From the IMG/VR virus record IMGVR_UViG_2061766007_002263: 64,000 nucleotides of DNA; one strand, written 5' to 3'. The first letter of the stretch is position 1. Each line of letters opens with the position of its first letter. The notes under the pieces were generated by a model, which saw only the letters and a list, made by a program, of their open reading frames with translations, ran no database searches and had not been told where the DNA came from. Source of the DNA: a virus (taxonomy: Duplodnaviria > Caudoviricetes). The position numbers and the translations under genes are program-made. This document shows positions 21,149 to 31,899 of the stretch, in pieces.

Positions 21149-24100
21149 TTAATTAATTGAAAAGCGTTGTTTTTTTACATGCGTTTCTTTATGTGATTCA
21201 CGATAGACTTCCATGAAGAAATCTTCAATGGATTCGTCAAACTTGAATCTCATGTTACAGTAATTCGGGTCCAAGAATTTTTCGTCGTAATCGATTACTA
21301 TGTTTGTCATGTTTGTTATACCCTTGTCTATTAGTTCCTTTGATTTGACGATACTCTTACCAATAACGAATCCGTCATATACTGTAATGTTGTCACCGGG
21401 GTTGTCCCACATTAACGTAGTACCTTCATTGTCTGGTTTATAAAGTTTGATACCCTTAGCTTTAATAGCCGCTTGGAATGCATTCCAACTATCTTTAGTA
21501 ATATCCTTTATGTATTGACCTTTCAAGTTAACGTCGATTACTTTAAGGATATCTAGGTCAATATCAAACTCCTTAAAAAGCTTTTTCAATGATTCATACT
21601 TACCCTTGTTATTAAGCTCAGTAATGATGTCACTCATAAGTTTCTTATCTACGAGAATTACACGTCTTGTAGTATACCATTCCGGAATGTCATATGTTTC
21701 TTTGGAAACAGTATGATTCAGGTTGGCTGCTTCGATGTTCCTTATAAACATTGTCTCCCCCGGAATAAATACTTTCGAGAGACAACCACCAAGATTCGGA
21801 GAATCAATACCATAATCTTGATGTATCTTTTCTGATGTAAACTCACCAAGTACAATTCTTAAGTTAAGAACGGCTTTGTCGAATGCGTCTTTTTTTGCTG
21901 GGTCCGGATTCACAAGATAGTCATTGTATGCTTCGATGTTGATGTCGAGCTTATCACCAAGTCTTATAATTTGATTATAACAATTTTCATAGACTTTTTT
22001 TAATGGTGCAAGAAGTTTTACATTTGTAAATTCAAGACCATTTTTGAATTTCTCGCCACCGTTGTTCATTGACACCGTATTGTTATCTTTATAAATAAAA
22101 TAAAGACCTTGGTTACTGCGAATACTTCTAAGAAGTTCAAACGGTGTTTTGTCTACAGACCGGAAATCCTCATCATGCCCACGTCCAGAAAGCAGACCAT
22201 AAACAAAAGGATTCTTTGAAGAACCGTCCGCGTCGTTTCTAGCAATGTGAGTCATGTGTTGTGGAAGCCAAGCGGCTTTACGTCCGACCTTTGTTTTTCC
22301 TCCGACATAGCTGAGAACATTACGTACTGTAAGCGTAGGTTTGTCGATACTTGTATATACAAACTTTGCAAGATACATTACAGAAAGGAAACCACGGAAC
22401 TTCAATGCCTGGAACCAGAAGTTATCTTCAGGCGTTTCCATGGCTGTTTTATACTGTATCTGTATTCTTGTAGCCATAGCGGTTATGTCGTCTTGAAGCA
22501 TAATACGGTTTTCTACGTAGTCTTGTATGTTTTCCGGAGAAGCGATACTGTCTAACAAGCTTCTTTCATTATCGTCTTTTGAGTTGATAGGCGCGTTTAA
22601 TGATTGTGATGAGAATGCGTTGTTTATTTTAATTCTGGCTTCTTTCCAAAGATTATTTGTATCAATCATGTTTTGCCGTTTAACTGGGTCTTTTTCGTTT
22701 TCAATCTCGTCATCTTCATAATACTTTTTGCCATACAGTTGACTAATACCGGCTCTGTTAGCTCCACTTAATGTTACTGCTTTTAAGAAATTTCTAAAAT
22801 CTGTAGCAACAATGTTTGCGATGTATGAGAAAGGTTCAATTTGACATTTAACGGTAGTTACCTCATTTTTGAACTTTACAAAGTCTTCAATTTGTTCGTC
22901 TGTAAGGTCGTTCATGTCTTTCAAGCTCTTGATGCTGTCATCAGATATACCTTGTTTTGTAAGAGATACAACGTCTCCGTCAAAGCCTTTTGCTTTAGTT
23001 GCGCCAGTACCATGAACTTTTCTATGGATGTTGATGCTAAAATCTCCAATCTCGTTGGATTTCATTTCGCTGAACATAGCGTTCATCTTATTATAGACAT
23101 TACTACCGAATGCGGAGTTGTTGTTGAGCCATCCTGTGTCAAATATGCATAAAGGCCCGGCATTTGCATTGTCCAATGTTGCGTAGCCACGGAGTCTGTC
23201 GTCATAAAATGCTCTTACTGCTACACGTCCACCCAAGAAAGCATTGTAAGCGTCCGAAATCAAATCACGTAACATTTCAGTATCTGAAATGTCCGCCATC
23301 ATTTCTCCACGTCCTAAGAAGTAGAGAGCTCTATAAATGCTATCTTTTGAGCCGAATACTTTTGCTCCGGCAAGTGGCCATTTTCCGGCATATCCAGTTT
23401 TCGCTACTTTTATTAAAGACGGCGCAATCTTGGTGAACATGAACAAAAGAATGTTATTCTTGTATGTTTTTGGCTTGGCATTATTTGCCGGGTCTTCAAT
23501 TTCAGTCGAACCAGTAAGAATCTCATTTCTGGCTTCTTCTACATGTTTCTGTGTATCGAGGTAATGTTTCTTAACATATGAGTTTCTTTTGGTGCCTTCG
23601 TCACCAGATTCAAATACTACTTTAAGAATATCTTTTATTTTAGGGTTTTTATTATAGATTTCTACGCCAATTTTCCAAAGGACAAACTCGTTCATACAAG
23701 CTATCGTATTAAAATACGGCTCTTCTTTTTTAACGGTATCTCCAAAATGAATCGGCCATCCGTCAGGTGTCTGAAACATTACGGTTATTTCGTCTTTTTG
23801 CCCAGTACTGGTGAATCCGAAATATTTCTCATATTCATCAAAGTCTTTTAATGCAGTGTCATTAATGTTAAGTGCTTCTCTTATTACTTTATTGATACTC
23901 TCATATTTCTTTTTGGTAGAATTATTGGTTGATGTTTCGACGTTATCATTGAGTTCCAATGAACTCTGACCTTCATCTACTGAAGCATCAATAGCTGCTT
24001 TATCAAGAGCTTCTGTATCATTGCCGTCTTCAACCTGAGTTTTTTCGTCTTCTTCGGCTTCTTTTGTATTATTTTCAACACTATTCAAAGTGTCATTCGT

Positions 24101-24367
24101 CGCTTCGTCTTTTTCATCAGATATGTCAGTATTTTCGGCAGGTATGTCTTCTTGTTTGACATCTTCTGCTGGTATAGCGTTTAAGTCGTCTTTATATGTG
24201 TCCCAAAATTCCGCAAGCTCGTCCGGATTGTCCTTGACCATCTCATAGTTGTCTTCTATAGATTCCACGTCGTCTGGATGAGCTTTCAGGATTATGTCTA
24301 ATTTCTTTTCGTCAGTCAGAGCATTCTCTGATTCTTTGAAAAGCTGTGTAAAACGTATTTTCTTCAT
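21149..24367 (-). CDS. 1072-aa late protein with embedded sigma70-like region 2/3 motifs
   Basis: RDLISDAYNAFL, PFSYIANIVATDFRNFLK, SLNAPINSKDDNERSLLDSIASPE; acidic N-terminus; late motif 24408-24415. Confidence 0.55.
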   Translation of the reverse strand: MKKIRFTQLFKESENALTDEKKLDIILKAHPDDVESIEDNYEMVKDNPDELAEFWDTYKDDLNAIPAEDVKQEDIPAENTDISDEKDEATNDTLNSVENNTKEAEEDEKTQVEDGNDTEALDKAAIDASVDEGQSSLELNDNVETSTNNSTKKKYESINKVIREALNINDTALKDFDEYEKYFGFTSTGQKDEITVMFQTPDGWPIHFGDTVKKEEPYFNTIACMNEFVLWKIGVEIYNKNPKIKDILKVVFESGDEGTKRNSYVKKHYLDTQKHVEEARNEILTGSTEIEDPANNAKPKTYKNNILLFMFTKIAPSLIKVAKTGYAGKWPLAGAKVFGSKDSIYRALYFLGRGEMMADISDTEMLRDLISDAYNAFLGGRVAVRAFYDDRLRGYATLDNANAGPLCIFDTGWLNNNSAFGSNVYNKMNAMFSEMKSNEIGDFSINIHRKVHGTGATKAKGFDGDVVSLTKQGISDDSIKSLKDMNDLTDEQIEDFVKFKNEVTTVKCQIEPFSYIANIVATDFRNFLKAVTLSGANRAGISQLYGKKYYEDDEIENEKDPVKRQNMIDTNNLWKEARIKINNAFSSQSLNAPINSKDDNERSLLDSIASPENIQDYVENRIMLQDDITAMATRIQIQYKTAMETPEDNFWFQALKFRGFLSVMYLAKFVYTSIDKPTLTVRNVLSYVGGKTKVGRKAAWLPQHMTHIARNDADGSSKNPFVYGLLSGRGHDEDFRSVDKTPFELLRSIRSNQGLYFIYKDNNTVSMNNGGEKFKNGLEFTNVKLLAPLKKVYENCYNQIIRLGDKLDINIEAYNDYLVNPDPAKKDAFDKAVLNLRIVLGEFTSEKIHQDYGIDSPNLGGCLSKVFIPGETMFIRNIEAANLNHTVSKETYDIPEWYTTRRVILVDKKLMSDIITELNNKGKYESLKKLFKEFDIDLDILKVIDVNLKGQYIKDITKDSWNAFQAAIKAKGIKLYKPDNEGTTLMWDNPGDNITVYDGFVIGKSIVKSKELIDKGITNMTNIVIDYDEKFLDPNYCNMRFKFDESIEDFFMEVYRESHKETHVKKQRFSIN

Positions 24368-24424
24368 GTCTAGGAAATCCCCTTTTCAAAAAAGTTCGTG
24401 AATTATATAATTAGCGAAACTTTG

Positions 24425-24472
24425 AAAAAAAGGAAGTCTTCGACATTTTTCAGAGCCAAAGGCTTCCTTTTT
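24425..24472. terminator. intrinsic terminator
   Basis: AAAAAGGAAGTC...GGCTTCCTTTTT stem. Confidence 0.7.
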
Positions 24473-24487
24473 GAATTATTTTTAAGA

Positions 24488-26764
24488 TTAGCTGTTGATA
24501 ATTACAACGTCAAGGTTTTCATTTATCTCACTGTCGAGGGTATTATTAGCCTGAATATCCTCACGGTAATCTTGTGAAGTCGTGCTCAACGTAGCATTGT
24601 GATATGTATTGTATCCGCCCTCATGCTCGAATACAAGTCCGTTGTCCGTCCATTCGCCACAATCAAGAATAGAGTTGCTGTTCAATACATAACCAGAAGT
24701 ACCCGGCATTACATGAAGCAGCTCGGTTTCATTGTTTTCGCTTCCACGGAAGATAACGCTATTGTCTTTCTGAAGACCAGTTATACCAGTGGACTTATGG
24801 AACTTAAATCCAGCAAGATGTGATGACTCACCAGCAGAAGTGTGCTCAATAAGCTCAACCGGAGAATCTACGAGAGCCGCTACAGTACCGTCATTCTTAT
24901 ATCTTGGGATGTAAAAGTTGGAACCGTTTCCAATGTCTTCCAATGTAGCAAGAGTACCAGACTGTGCGGGAAGAAGAAGGGAGATGTCGCCTTCTGTGCT
25001 CTGCTCCGGATTCTGTGCGATGCTTACGCTGAGCGGGTCACCTTCTGTTTTTCCGGCAACACCTGATGCAGCTTCTACGCCACCAGTAATCTTTACGCCA
25101 CGAGCCTCATCAAATGTAAGAAGTCCGTCGTCCGTTTCGGAAACGCCTGTTTTCTTGAGAGTTTTGTTTCCAGCTTCTTTATAGAACTCACCAACGCTTG
25201 CCGCGTTAGTATCAGAAATTAAAGCAGCGTCTTTGCTGTGGATTGTGATTGTTTCGCCGTCGTCAGCATCGAGCTGAACTTCCGAGAGTCCAGTGCTTCC
25301 ACGCTCTGCACCTTCGAACTTAATTTCACCAACTACGCTCTGGATTGTAGACTGGTCTATTACGTCCTCATCTGCCGGTGAGTTGTAATTATCTATAATT
25401 TTGATTGAAGTAATAGGTGAAGTGTTGTCAATTACGGACCACTTGCTTTGTCCTTCATATACCAACCAATCTCCACTGTTGATGAATCCTTCGCTTGACC
25501 TTACATTACTGCTTACTGTGCTTGCCGTGTCCTCAAGCTTAATCTGCGGACCTGAATAGATGAAGTAATCACCTTGTACAAGCTCGGTCTCACCGTTCGT
25601 CTTATCAGTTCCCGTAGGGAGTACAAAGTTTTCTGCCGTACCAGAATAAGTATATCCACCGGCAAATACCATTGACTGAATAAGAGTGTCCGGCAACTGT
25701 GCAAGAATAATCTTGCCATGCTCGTCCAAGTCGGCTTTGGATTCAAACAACAAGTCAAGGGCTTCTTTTACGTTGGAAACGCCACTGTCTTGTGTATCCC
25801 AATTTGTGCTGTTGTTTGTATATGAATCATTACGACTTCCAGCGGAATAGTTCAATCTCGCTGAATCATGCGTACCGCCCGCAATCTTGGTAAAGTTGAG
25901 GTTTGACAGTGTAAGTGCATTGGCTGTACTGGTAGATGATGACGTTACAGCAAGGAAATCGCCTTCCTCAAGAACAATGTCAACTGTCGGGTCGGCGGTA
26001 TCACCCATCTGAATAGTAACGTTTTTACCTGCGGCAAGCTCACCTACTGAATAATAATAACCAGCTTTGATAGAGTAAGGGCTTGCAATCAAGTCGCTTG
26101 CAAGGATGGTTGTATTCGCATTGTCTTCCGTATCATATACACGGTTGTTCGTAAGGTCAACGTCGTCAACTGCGGCGTTTTTCTTGAACTTTACACCACC
26201 AAAAGCAAGTTTATTTCTGTCAAGCTCTACAATAGCTTCCTGGAGGTTTGTTGAGCTGAGGTTGGTGTTATTCGGGTTGAATGTGAGCTCGTATGATGTT
26301 CCACCACCACCATTTCCTACGCGAATCCATCCTGGCGCGTCGTCATGGAAGGTTCCCATGTGGCGGTAAAAGATGTCATTAGCAGGACGTGGCAAAGTAT
26401 CAAGATGATAATTTTCACCTACGTAGATAGCAAGGTCACCAGCATGAAACTCCGGTGTATCTGTTCCTGTTGAGTTGTTGTTTGACGAACCGAGCTGAAT
26501 ATCCTCGGTTATATAATAAACGCCACCTTTAATCGGATTTGAAGGCAGTCCTTCACCTGGCAGTGTCGGACGGATAAAAGATAGAACGCCTTGTCCACCG
26601 ATTTTTATCGCTTCACCGTTGCATCCGGCATATAATTCATATGTCAGATTGGAACTGTCATATTTCTTACCGTGGGTATAGTCAAGAAAAAGCTCGCCGT
26701 TCAATAATGGCTCATGACCTGCACGTATCTCTAACTTACCACGAGAGATTTGTAGCTGTTGCAT
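24488..26764 (-). CDS. tail fibre/spike-like protein (paralog of 26879..29794)
   Basis: QISRG start, KADLDEHGKIILAQLP, GDWLVY, ILDCG motifs. Confidence 0.65.
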   Translation of the reverse strand: MQQLQISRGKLEIRAGHEPLLNGELFLDYTHGKKYDSSNLTYELYAGCNGEAIKIGGQGVLSFIRPTLPGEGLPSNPIKGGVYYITEDIQLGSSNNNSTGTDTPEFHAGDLAIYVGENYHLDTLPRPANDIFYRHMGTFHDDAPGWIRVGNGGGGTSYELTFNPNNTNLSSTNLQEAIVELDRNKLAFGGVKFKKNAAVDDVDLTNNRVYDTEDNANTTILASDLIASPYSIKAGYYYSVGELAAGKNVTIQMGDTADPTVDIVLEEGDFLAVTSSSTSTANALTLSNLNFTKIAGGTHDSARLNYSAGSRNDSYTNNSTNWDTQDSGVSNVKEALDLLFESKADLDEHGKIILAQLPDTLIQSMVFAGGYTYSGTAENFVLPTGTDKTNGETELVQGDYFIYSGPQIKLEDTASTVSSNVRSSEGFINSGDWLVYEGQSKWSVIDNTSPITSIKIIDNYNSPADEDVIDQSTIQSVVGEIKFEGAERGSTGLSEVQLDADDGETITIHSKDAALISDTNAASVGEFYKEAGNKTLKKTGVSETDDGLLTFDEARGVKITGGVEAASGVAGKTEGDPLSVSIAQNPEQSTEGDISLLLPAQSGTLATLEDIGNGSNFYIPRYKNDGTVAALVDSPVELIEHTSAGESSHLAGFKFHKSTGITGLQKDNSVIFRGSENNETELLHVMPGTSGYVLNSNSILDCGEWTDNGLVFEHEGGYNTYHNATLSTTSQDYREDIQANNTLDSEINENLDVVIINS

Positions 26765-26878
26765 ATAATATCTCCTTAAATAAATTTCAACTTTTATAAT
26801 AATTAGTGGAAAGGAGAAAAAAACAGGTGCAAGTAACGAGTTTAAGACGGTCTATAGCCAGAAAGCTTTAATTCTGGC

Positions 26879-29794
26879 TTAAACATAAAGACCACAATCA
26901 ATTACCGAGTTATCAGTAAGCAATACACCGCTTGCTCCAGGCATTTCTACGTATACCGCTTTTTCTGGTAACGACGAATTATCTCTTGGGTTCATGTATT
27001 GTGTGCTTCTGGGGAACATAGTTCTTCCCGGAACTACATGAGTAAGGTTGGTGTCTTTATTTCCGAGAATAAGAGATTTCGTTACCATCAAGGATTTCGG
27101 TTTACTTATGAACCGTCCGTTTGCGCCTATTGCGGTTTCACCTACGATAGTGTCAGATTTGAATTCTATGTTGTCTGGCGTTCCGGTATTTTTGAATACC
27201 TTATTGTTTCCACTATCAAGCTCGAAATCGTCATAAAGCTCTTTTATGAAGTCACGGTCTCTGAGATTATAAAACTTATCGGACGATACATTTTGGCTAC
27301 CACCAAGTGTGCGAGTATCTTCGTCAACATTATGCACACCGTTGAGCAATGACTCAAAGAGCGAGTTTGAAACTTGCTCGATTTTAGAATCTATAAGTGA
27401 GATACGTGGGCTGTTTTCACCCGGAAATGTCTGAGGCTCGCCGTATATCGGAAGAATGTTCTTTGTACCATTGAACATTCTGTTGAGGTCTGTGTTATTT
27501 ACAAGTATACCTGATTCCGCAGGAAGATAGTTTGTAACATTCGAGGTAGTCTGATTGGGATGCGCAAAAATCTCGGAGAGAAGTTCTGTCTCAAGGAGCC
27601 GTCCTTCATTACTCAAATGTCCACCATTTGAAGCGTTAGGATTAAGGTTAGATTTCTGTCCTAACGTAATGTGTCTGGTTTCGATGTTGTTAACGTCGAT
27701 TACAGGCGCATGGAACTCTACGGATGCAACATCTATGTCAACATAGTTTGGAGACGATACGGTTTGATGCATATGCTCTTCGATAGAAGAGTTGTCAATG
27801 TAACCGTTACTATCATTTGCGCTTACTTTGGTCAAACGATTTTTGAGCAACGTCACGCCAGTAAGTTTTCCTACGAGTTTTGACGACTTTGTAGGAAGAT
27901 AAAAATTCGCCCCGTTTGCCTGAGCGTCGTCCGGACGTAAAGTTGCGCTGTTATATACAGTGCTTCCTTGTTCTGTAATTACGTCAAACTTGAGCCCGGT
28001 ATTTTCATTTACGTTTACGCCGTCCCGTACTACAAGCTTAGGTCTTAGATAGATATCACCATATACATATTCGTTGTAGGTATCCGAAGCATTACCAACA
28101 AACAAGTTAGAGTTCGTCTGTGTGATGTACGTATCACCGAACAACGGACTTAGATAGTTTTGTATTGTACTACGCTTTACCGTATTATTATTGCCGGTAT
28201 AAACTGGCAGGTATTTGTCAAGGTGCTCAATGTTCGGGTCCGCACCGTCATAGTCCACGAGCCTTACGCCAGCTACAGTTATTTTATTGTCTTGCTGCCA
28301 GAGAACAAGCTTATCGGAAGCTCCGAACGTAGGATTTCCGACTAGGGATACCTCAGTCGTAGTGGTAGCATAATCGGCTTTTCCGCTTGTATGAGTACCG
28401 TTTATAAAGAAATTAAGTGCGGTTAAGGAATCACTGTTATCTATGATTTCCCAACTTGCCTTGTTCGTTACGGGGTCAACCTGATATACAATCCAGTCAC
28501 CGTTATTGATTTCCTCGCATCTTGTGAACAAATCACCGACTGGTTGTGAGTCCTTGTCATAGTATTGTATATTCGTAATAACCGGCGTTGATTTTACGAT
28601 ATAGTAATCGCCAGGTTTGTTGCCACGTATAGCAGATGTTCCTTCTCCTGAGTCCTCTTCGTCACCAGCTATCTCGTCATTAGTTCTTCCGGTAGGCCAA
28701 GGATTCTGGTACGCCGGGTCATTTACGCCCTGCTCGTCCGTAACAGGATTCCATGTTCCCATGTACTGCATACCACCGATAACAGTGGAGTGCAACTGGC
28801 TTAACGGAATCTTTCCATTGCTGTCAAGCATGGCTTTATGACTTAACAGGTATGTAATGGCTTCCTGAACATTTGTAAGGTTTGCCGTTGACGACATATG
28901 CTCGCCACCGTCTTCACCAAATGTACCAATATCAGTCTGCTGCTGAACGGCAAGCGTCGGGTCAAAGTCTATCTGCTCAGCGTCTGTATACCCTGAAGGA
29001 ATAAGAGCCCACTGGTCTGTATCATTTTGCCAGATTACAAAATCACCCTTATGTGAAGTCCAAGTAGTAAGTACACCGGAATTGTTATTTCCAGTAAAGC
29101 TGAGGTTGTCTTCTACTACGAGGTATAATGAGCCGGCTGTAAGATGGTCTCTGGCAGAATCCTGATATGTCATCAATGTGGCATATGAGAAATCTCCACC
29201 GTTACCTATACGTCCACGATATTCGAGCTTGTGGTCATAAATGTCGTCAAGAGCAATCTTTACGTTTGTAATACCCGGTCTTTCCGGATGCGTATACTTT
29301 GTGTTTTTTGATAAGTTTCCAGAACCGTAAAGCTTGATGTACTGTACGTTTCTTGCCTGACCTACGTTGTCAAGCAAATCTGGTGCAATGTCATACTCCG
29401 CATGGGTTATAAGAAGGATATCATTTTTAAGGAATTCTTCGTCTTTGAATACGCCGTTCTCAGCGTCTTTGCTGAATATGAAGTAATCACCCTCACGAAC
29501 GAACGCAAACTTTATGTTAGTTATGTCCTGTTCTTCATCAATGAAGCCCCTGAATACCATTCCTTTATAAGACCTTTCACCGGCTATCGGCATTGGGTTC
29601 TCATAAGTGTTTCCAAGGGACGGCATACCTATATATAATGTACCCGTATCATACGGGAATCTTACGTCATTTCTGTATTGATTTTCAGAGTCATTTGAAT
29701 TATTTTTGGGTACCCAAAAGAGCTCAGCGCGTAAAAGGTTCTCAGGACCTTTGGCTCTCAGGCTACCTCTGGAAATTTGTATGTTAGATGCCAA
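26879..29794 (-). CDS. tail fibre/spike-like protein
   Basis: QISRG start, KAMLDSNGKIPLSQL, GDWIVY, VIDCG motifs. Confidence 0.65.
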   Translation of the reverse strand: MASNIQISRGSLRAKGPENLLRAELFWVPKNNSNDSENQYRNDVRFPYDTGTLYIGMPSLGNTYENPMPIAGERSYKGMVFRGFIDEEQDITNIKFAFVREGDYFIFSKDAENGVFKDEEFLKNDILLITHAEYDIAPDLLDNVGQARNVQYIKLYGSGNLSKNTKYTHPERPGITNVKIALDDIYDHKLEYRGRIGNGGDFSYATLMTYQDSARDHLTAGSLYLVVEDNLSFTGNNNSGVLTTWTSHKGDFVIWQNDTDQWALIPSGYTDAEQIDFDPTLAVQQQTDIGTFGEDGGEHMSSTANLTNVQEAITYLLSHKAMLDSNGKIPLSQLHSTVIGGMQYMGTWNPVTDEQGVNDPAYQNPWPTGRTNDEIAGDEEDSGEGTSAIRGNKPGDYYIVKSTPVITNIQYYDKDSQPVGDLFTRCEEINNGDWIVYQVDPVTNKASWEIIDNSDSLTALNFFINGTHTSGKADYATTTTEVSLVGNPTFGASDKLVLWQQDNKITVAGVRLVDYDGADPNIEHLDKYLPVYTGNNNTVKRSTIQNYLSPLFGDTYITQTNSNLFVGNASDTYNEYVYGDIYLRPKLVVRDGVNVNENTGLKFDVITEQGSTVYNSATLRPDDAQANGANFYLPTKSSKLVGKLTGVTLLKNRLTKVSANDSNGYIDNSSIEEHMHQTVSSPNYVDIDVASVEFHAPVIDVNNIETRHITLGQKSNLNPNASNGGHLSNEGRLLETELLSEIFAHPNQTTSNVTNYLPAESGILVNNTDLNRMFNGTKNILPIYGEPQTFPGENSPRISLIDSKIEQVSNSLFESLLNGVHNVDEDTRTLGGSQNVSSDKFYNLRDRDFIKELYDDFELDSGNNKVFKNTGTPDNIEFKSDTIVGETAIGANGRFISKPKSLMVTKSLILGNKDTNLTHVVPGRTMFPRSTQYMNPRDNSSLPEKAVYVEMPGASGVLLTDNSVIDCGLYV

Positions 29795-29829
29795 TTTAAT
29801 AATTCTCCTATAATACTGCTATTAGTTAG

Positions 29830-31899
29830 TTAGGTCTCGCCAAAAACTGAAATTCCGGATATTTTTATATAAGGATTGTGTTTTATTCCGAATACTATGT
29901 ATACATTACCGGAAATAATCTCCGTTCCGAAAGTACAGTACCTTTGGTTTTCATTGGAACGGTTGACTACGAGACATCCTTTAGTTTCTGTATCAAAAGG
30001 ACTCATAACGCCGTCAAAAGGTATGTTCATATTTAGCCAGTCTTCCTTTCCGTCAACTATGCACCATAAGGAGTCTATGTTTGTCAATGTAAAATCGTTA
30101 CGATTGTATTCCAAACCTTCCGCGTTATCAAACGTAAAATAGAATCCGTTTATGTTGTCTACGTTGAACTTAAATGTTACGTATCTTACGCCGTCTTCCG
30201 GTATGTCGGTATAATCCGGTCCGACATCCCAAATGTTAGTCAATCCTCTTACTACACCGTTAAGGATGTAATTCCCTCTAGGCCATTGATATTTTCCATT
30301 CAACATCTGTAGCTCGTTTGATTCTTTAAGGGACTTTCTCTGACATGCTTCGTCCCATGCCTGACCGAAGTTTTGTCTTGAAGCGTCTGGTGAAGTTACA
30401 CGTTTTGATTCGTCGCTTACGGAATCTATTCTTGTATTCCATACGGCTATAAGCTCGCCGTTTTTATCTCCGTCCAAGTTCTCGCTTGTAATGGTGATAG
30501 TCATGGTCTCAGAGTAATGGTTTTCTGGAATTACAAGCTCCATTGGGTCATTCATAACCGGTGAGAAATTAGGATAACAATCATGCGTAAGTATGTCTTC
30601 GTCCAAAATGTCATTAATTGTTATGTGACCATGCACGTCTTTCTTGAACTTCTTGAGATTTGATATCTCAGATACCAAGCTTAATGTATCACCTGCTATC
30701 ATTGCCGGAACACCGGATATGTATTTATGAGAGATATGTGCGTCTGCTATAACTGGGTTTTGTATGAATCCATTTGCGGCTTTTTCGTCTACACCTATTA
30801 TAATCGGATTCGAGCTGAACTCTTCTAAGGAAGACATCCCAAGCCCAGCAGACCATTTAACCTTGACTTGAAATACCGGGTAACTGAACGTAGGTATGTA
30901 CGGGCTAATATGTGAAATGTAGTTCAAGCTTATAGACAAGTTTATGGATTTGTAAAAATCATCTGCTACAAGCTCATTTTGATATGAGTCTACTATGCTT
31001 TCTACTTGTATTAGATTCTGGTTGTATGTACCGTTCATAAGGTTTTGAATACTTTCAGAATGTATACGATTGCTGTTGACATAGATAGAAAAATATCCCA
31101 ACCCGCTTTTATTCCAGAACTGCGGTACCTTTAATCTGAGAATCGAATCGCTCGAATAGAATACATTTATTGCCGGGTCAGTGAATGTCAGAAGCTGCCC
31201 TTTCCTTGTATTTCCAATTATCTCAAGGTCTTTGTTCTCAAATGTTTCCGGCGTATTAGGAATAAGCTTACGGATTACGTCGTTCATATCCGTAACGTTA
31301 CGGTCTACATATTCCTTTGTAACCAAGGACAAGTTCGTAGACGGCTCATATCCAGACATCATCGGTGTATGTCCGTCTGTGGTGATAATACTGTCGCCTT
31401 TTCGTCCTATGTACTTATAGAACGTTACATAGTACGGCGTTTCATATCTTTCTGGTATACCGTCGAGAAACGTTACGGTTCCGGCAACCGCGTCAACCAG
31501 CCATCTGTTCATTCCAAATGGTATGGTGTCTCCGAATGAATCTGTGATTGTTACGGTATAACCATTTCCGAACTCTGACTCTATCGAATCAGCCATAAGG
31601 TCGCATTTGAATGTGTTCTTGGAGTTTTTTACCTTAATAAGTAGAACATTCTTGTAGTATTTAAGTACCGGAATCTCAAGGTTGTCTAAAGTAATGTTAT
31701 ATTCGCCGCCATTCAGCAGAATCGGTGCGGTTTCAGGAATGTATTCAGCGTCTATCCATATAGATGCCGGGTCAACTCTTTTCTTGAGGTCATCGTTCTC
31801 CTCATACCAAGCCAGAAGTTCGTCCATATTGGCTTTATTTCTTGAGGATTTATAGGAATTCTCTATCAGAAACTTTTGATATTTGTTAAGACCACTCAT
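29830..31899 (-). CDS. virion protein, C-terminal domain paralogous to 31886..34945
   Basis: YISGVP, GPDY, RYCTFG motifs shared with neighbour. Confidence 0.6.
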   Translation of the reverse strand: MSGLNKYQKFLIENSYKSSRNKANMDELLAWYEENDDLKKRVDPASIWIDAEYIPETAPILLNGGEYNITLDNLEIPVLKYYKNVLLIKVKNSKNTFKCDLMADSIESEFGNGYTVTITDSFGDTIPFGMNRWLVDAVAGTVTFLDGIPERYETPYYVTFYKYIGRKGDSIITTDGHTPMMSGYEPSTNLSLVTKEYVDRNVTDMNDVIRKLIPNTPETFENKDLEIIGNTRKGQLLTFTDPAINVFYSSDSILRLKVPQFWNKSGLGYFSIYVNSNRIHSESIQNLMNGTYNQNLIQVESIVDSYQNELVADDFYKSINLSISLNYISHISPYIPTFSYPVFQVKVKWSAGLGMSSLEEFSSNPIIIGVDEKAANGFIQNPVIADAHISHKYISGVPAMIAGDTLSLVSEISNLKKFKKDVHGHITINDILDEDILTHDCYPNFSPVMNDPMELVIPENHYSETMTITITSENLDGDKNGELIAVWNTRIDSVSDESKRVTSPDASRQNFGQAWDEACQRKSLKESNELQMLNGKYQWPRGNYILNGVVRGLTNIWDVGPDYTDIPEDGVRYVTFKFNVDNINGFYFTFDNAEGLEYNRNDFTLTNIDSLWCIVDGKEDWLNMNIPFDGVMSPFDTETKGCLVVNRSNENQRYCTFGTEIISGNVYIVFGIKHNPYIKISGISVFGET

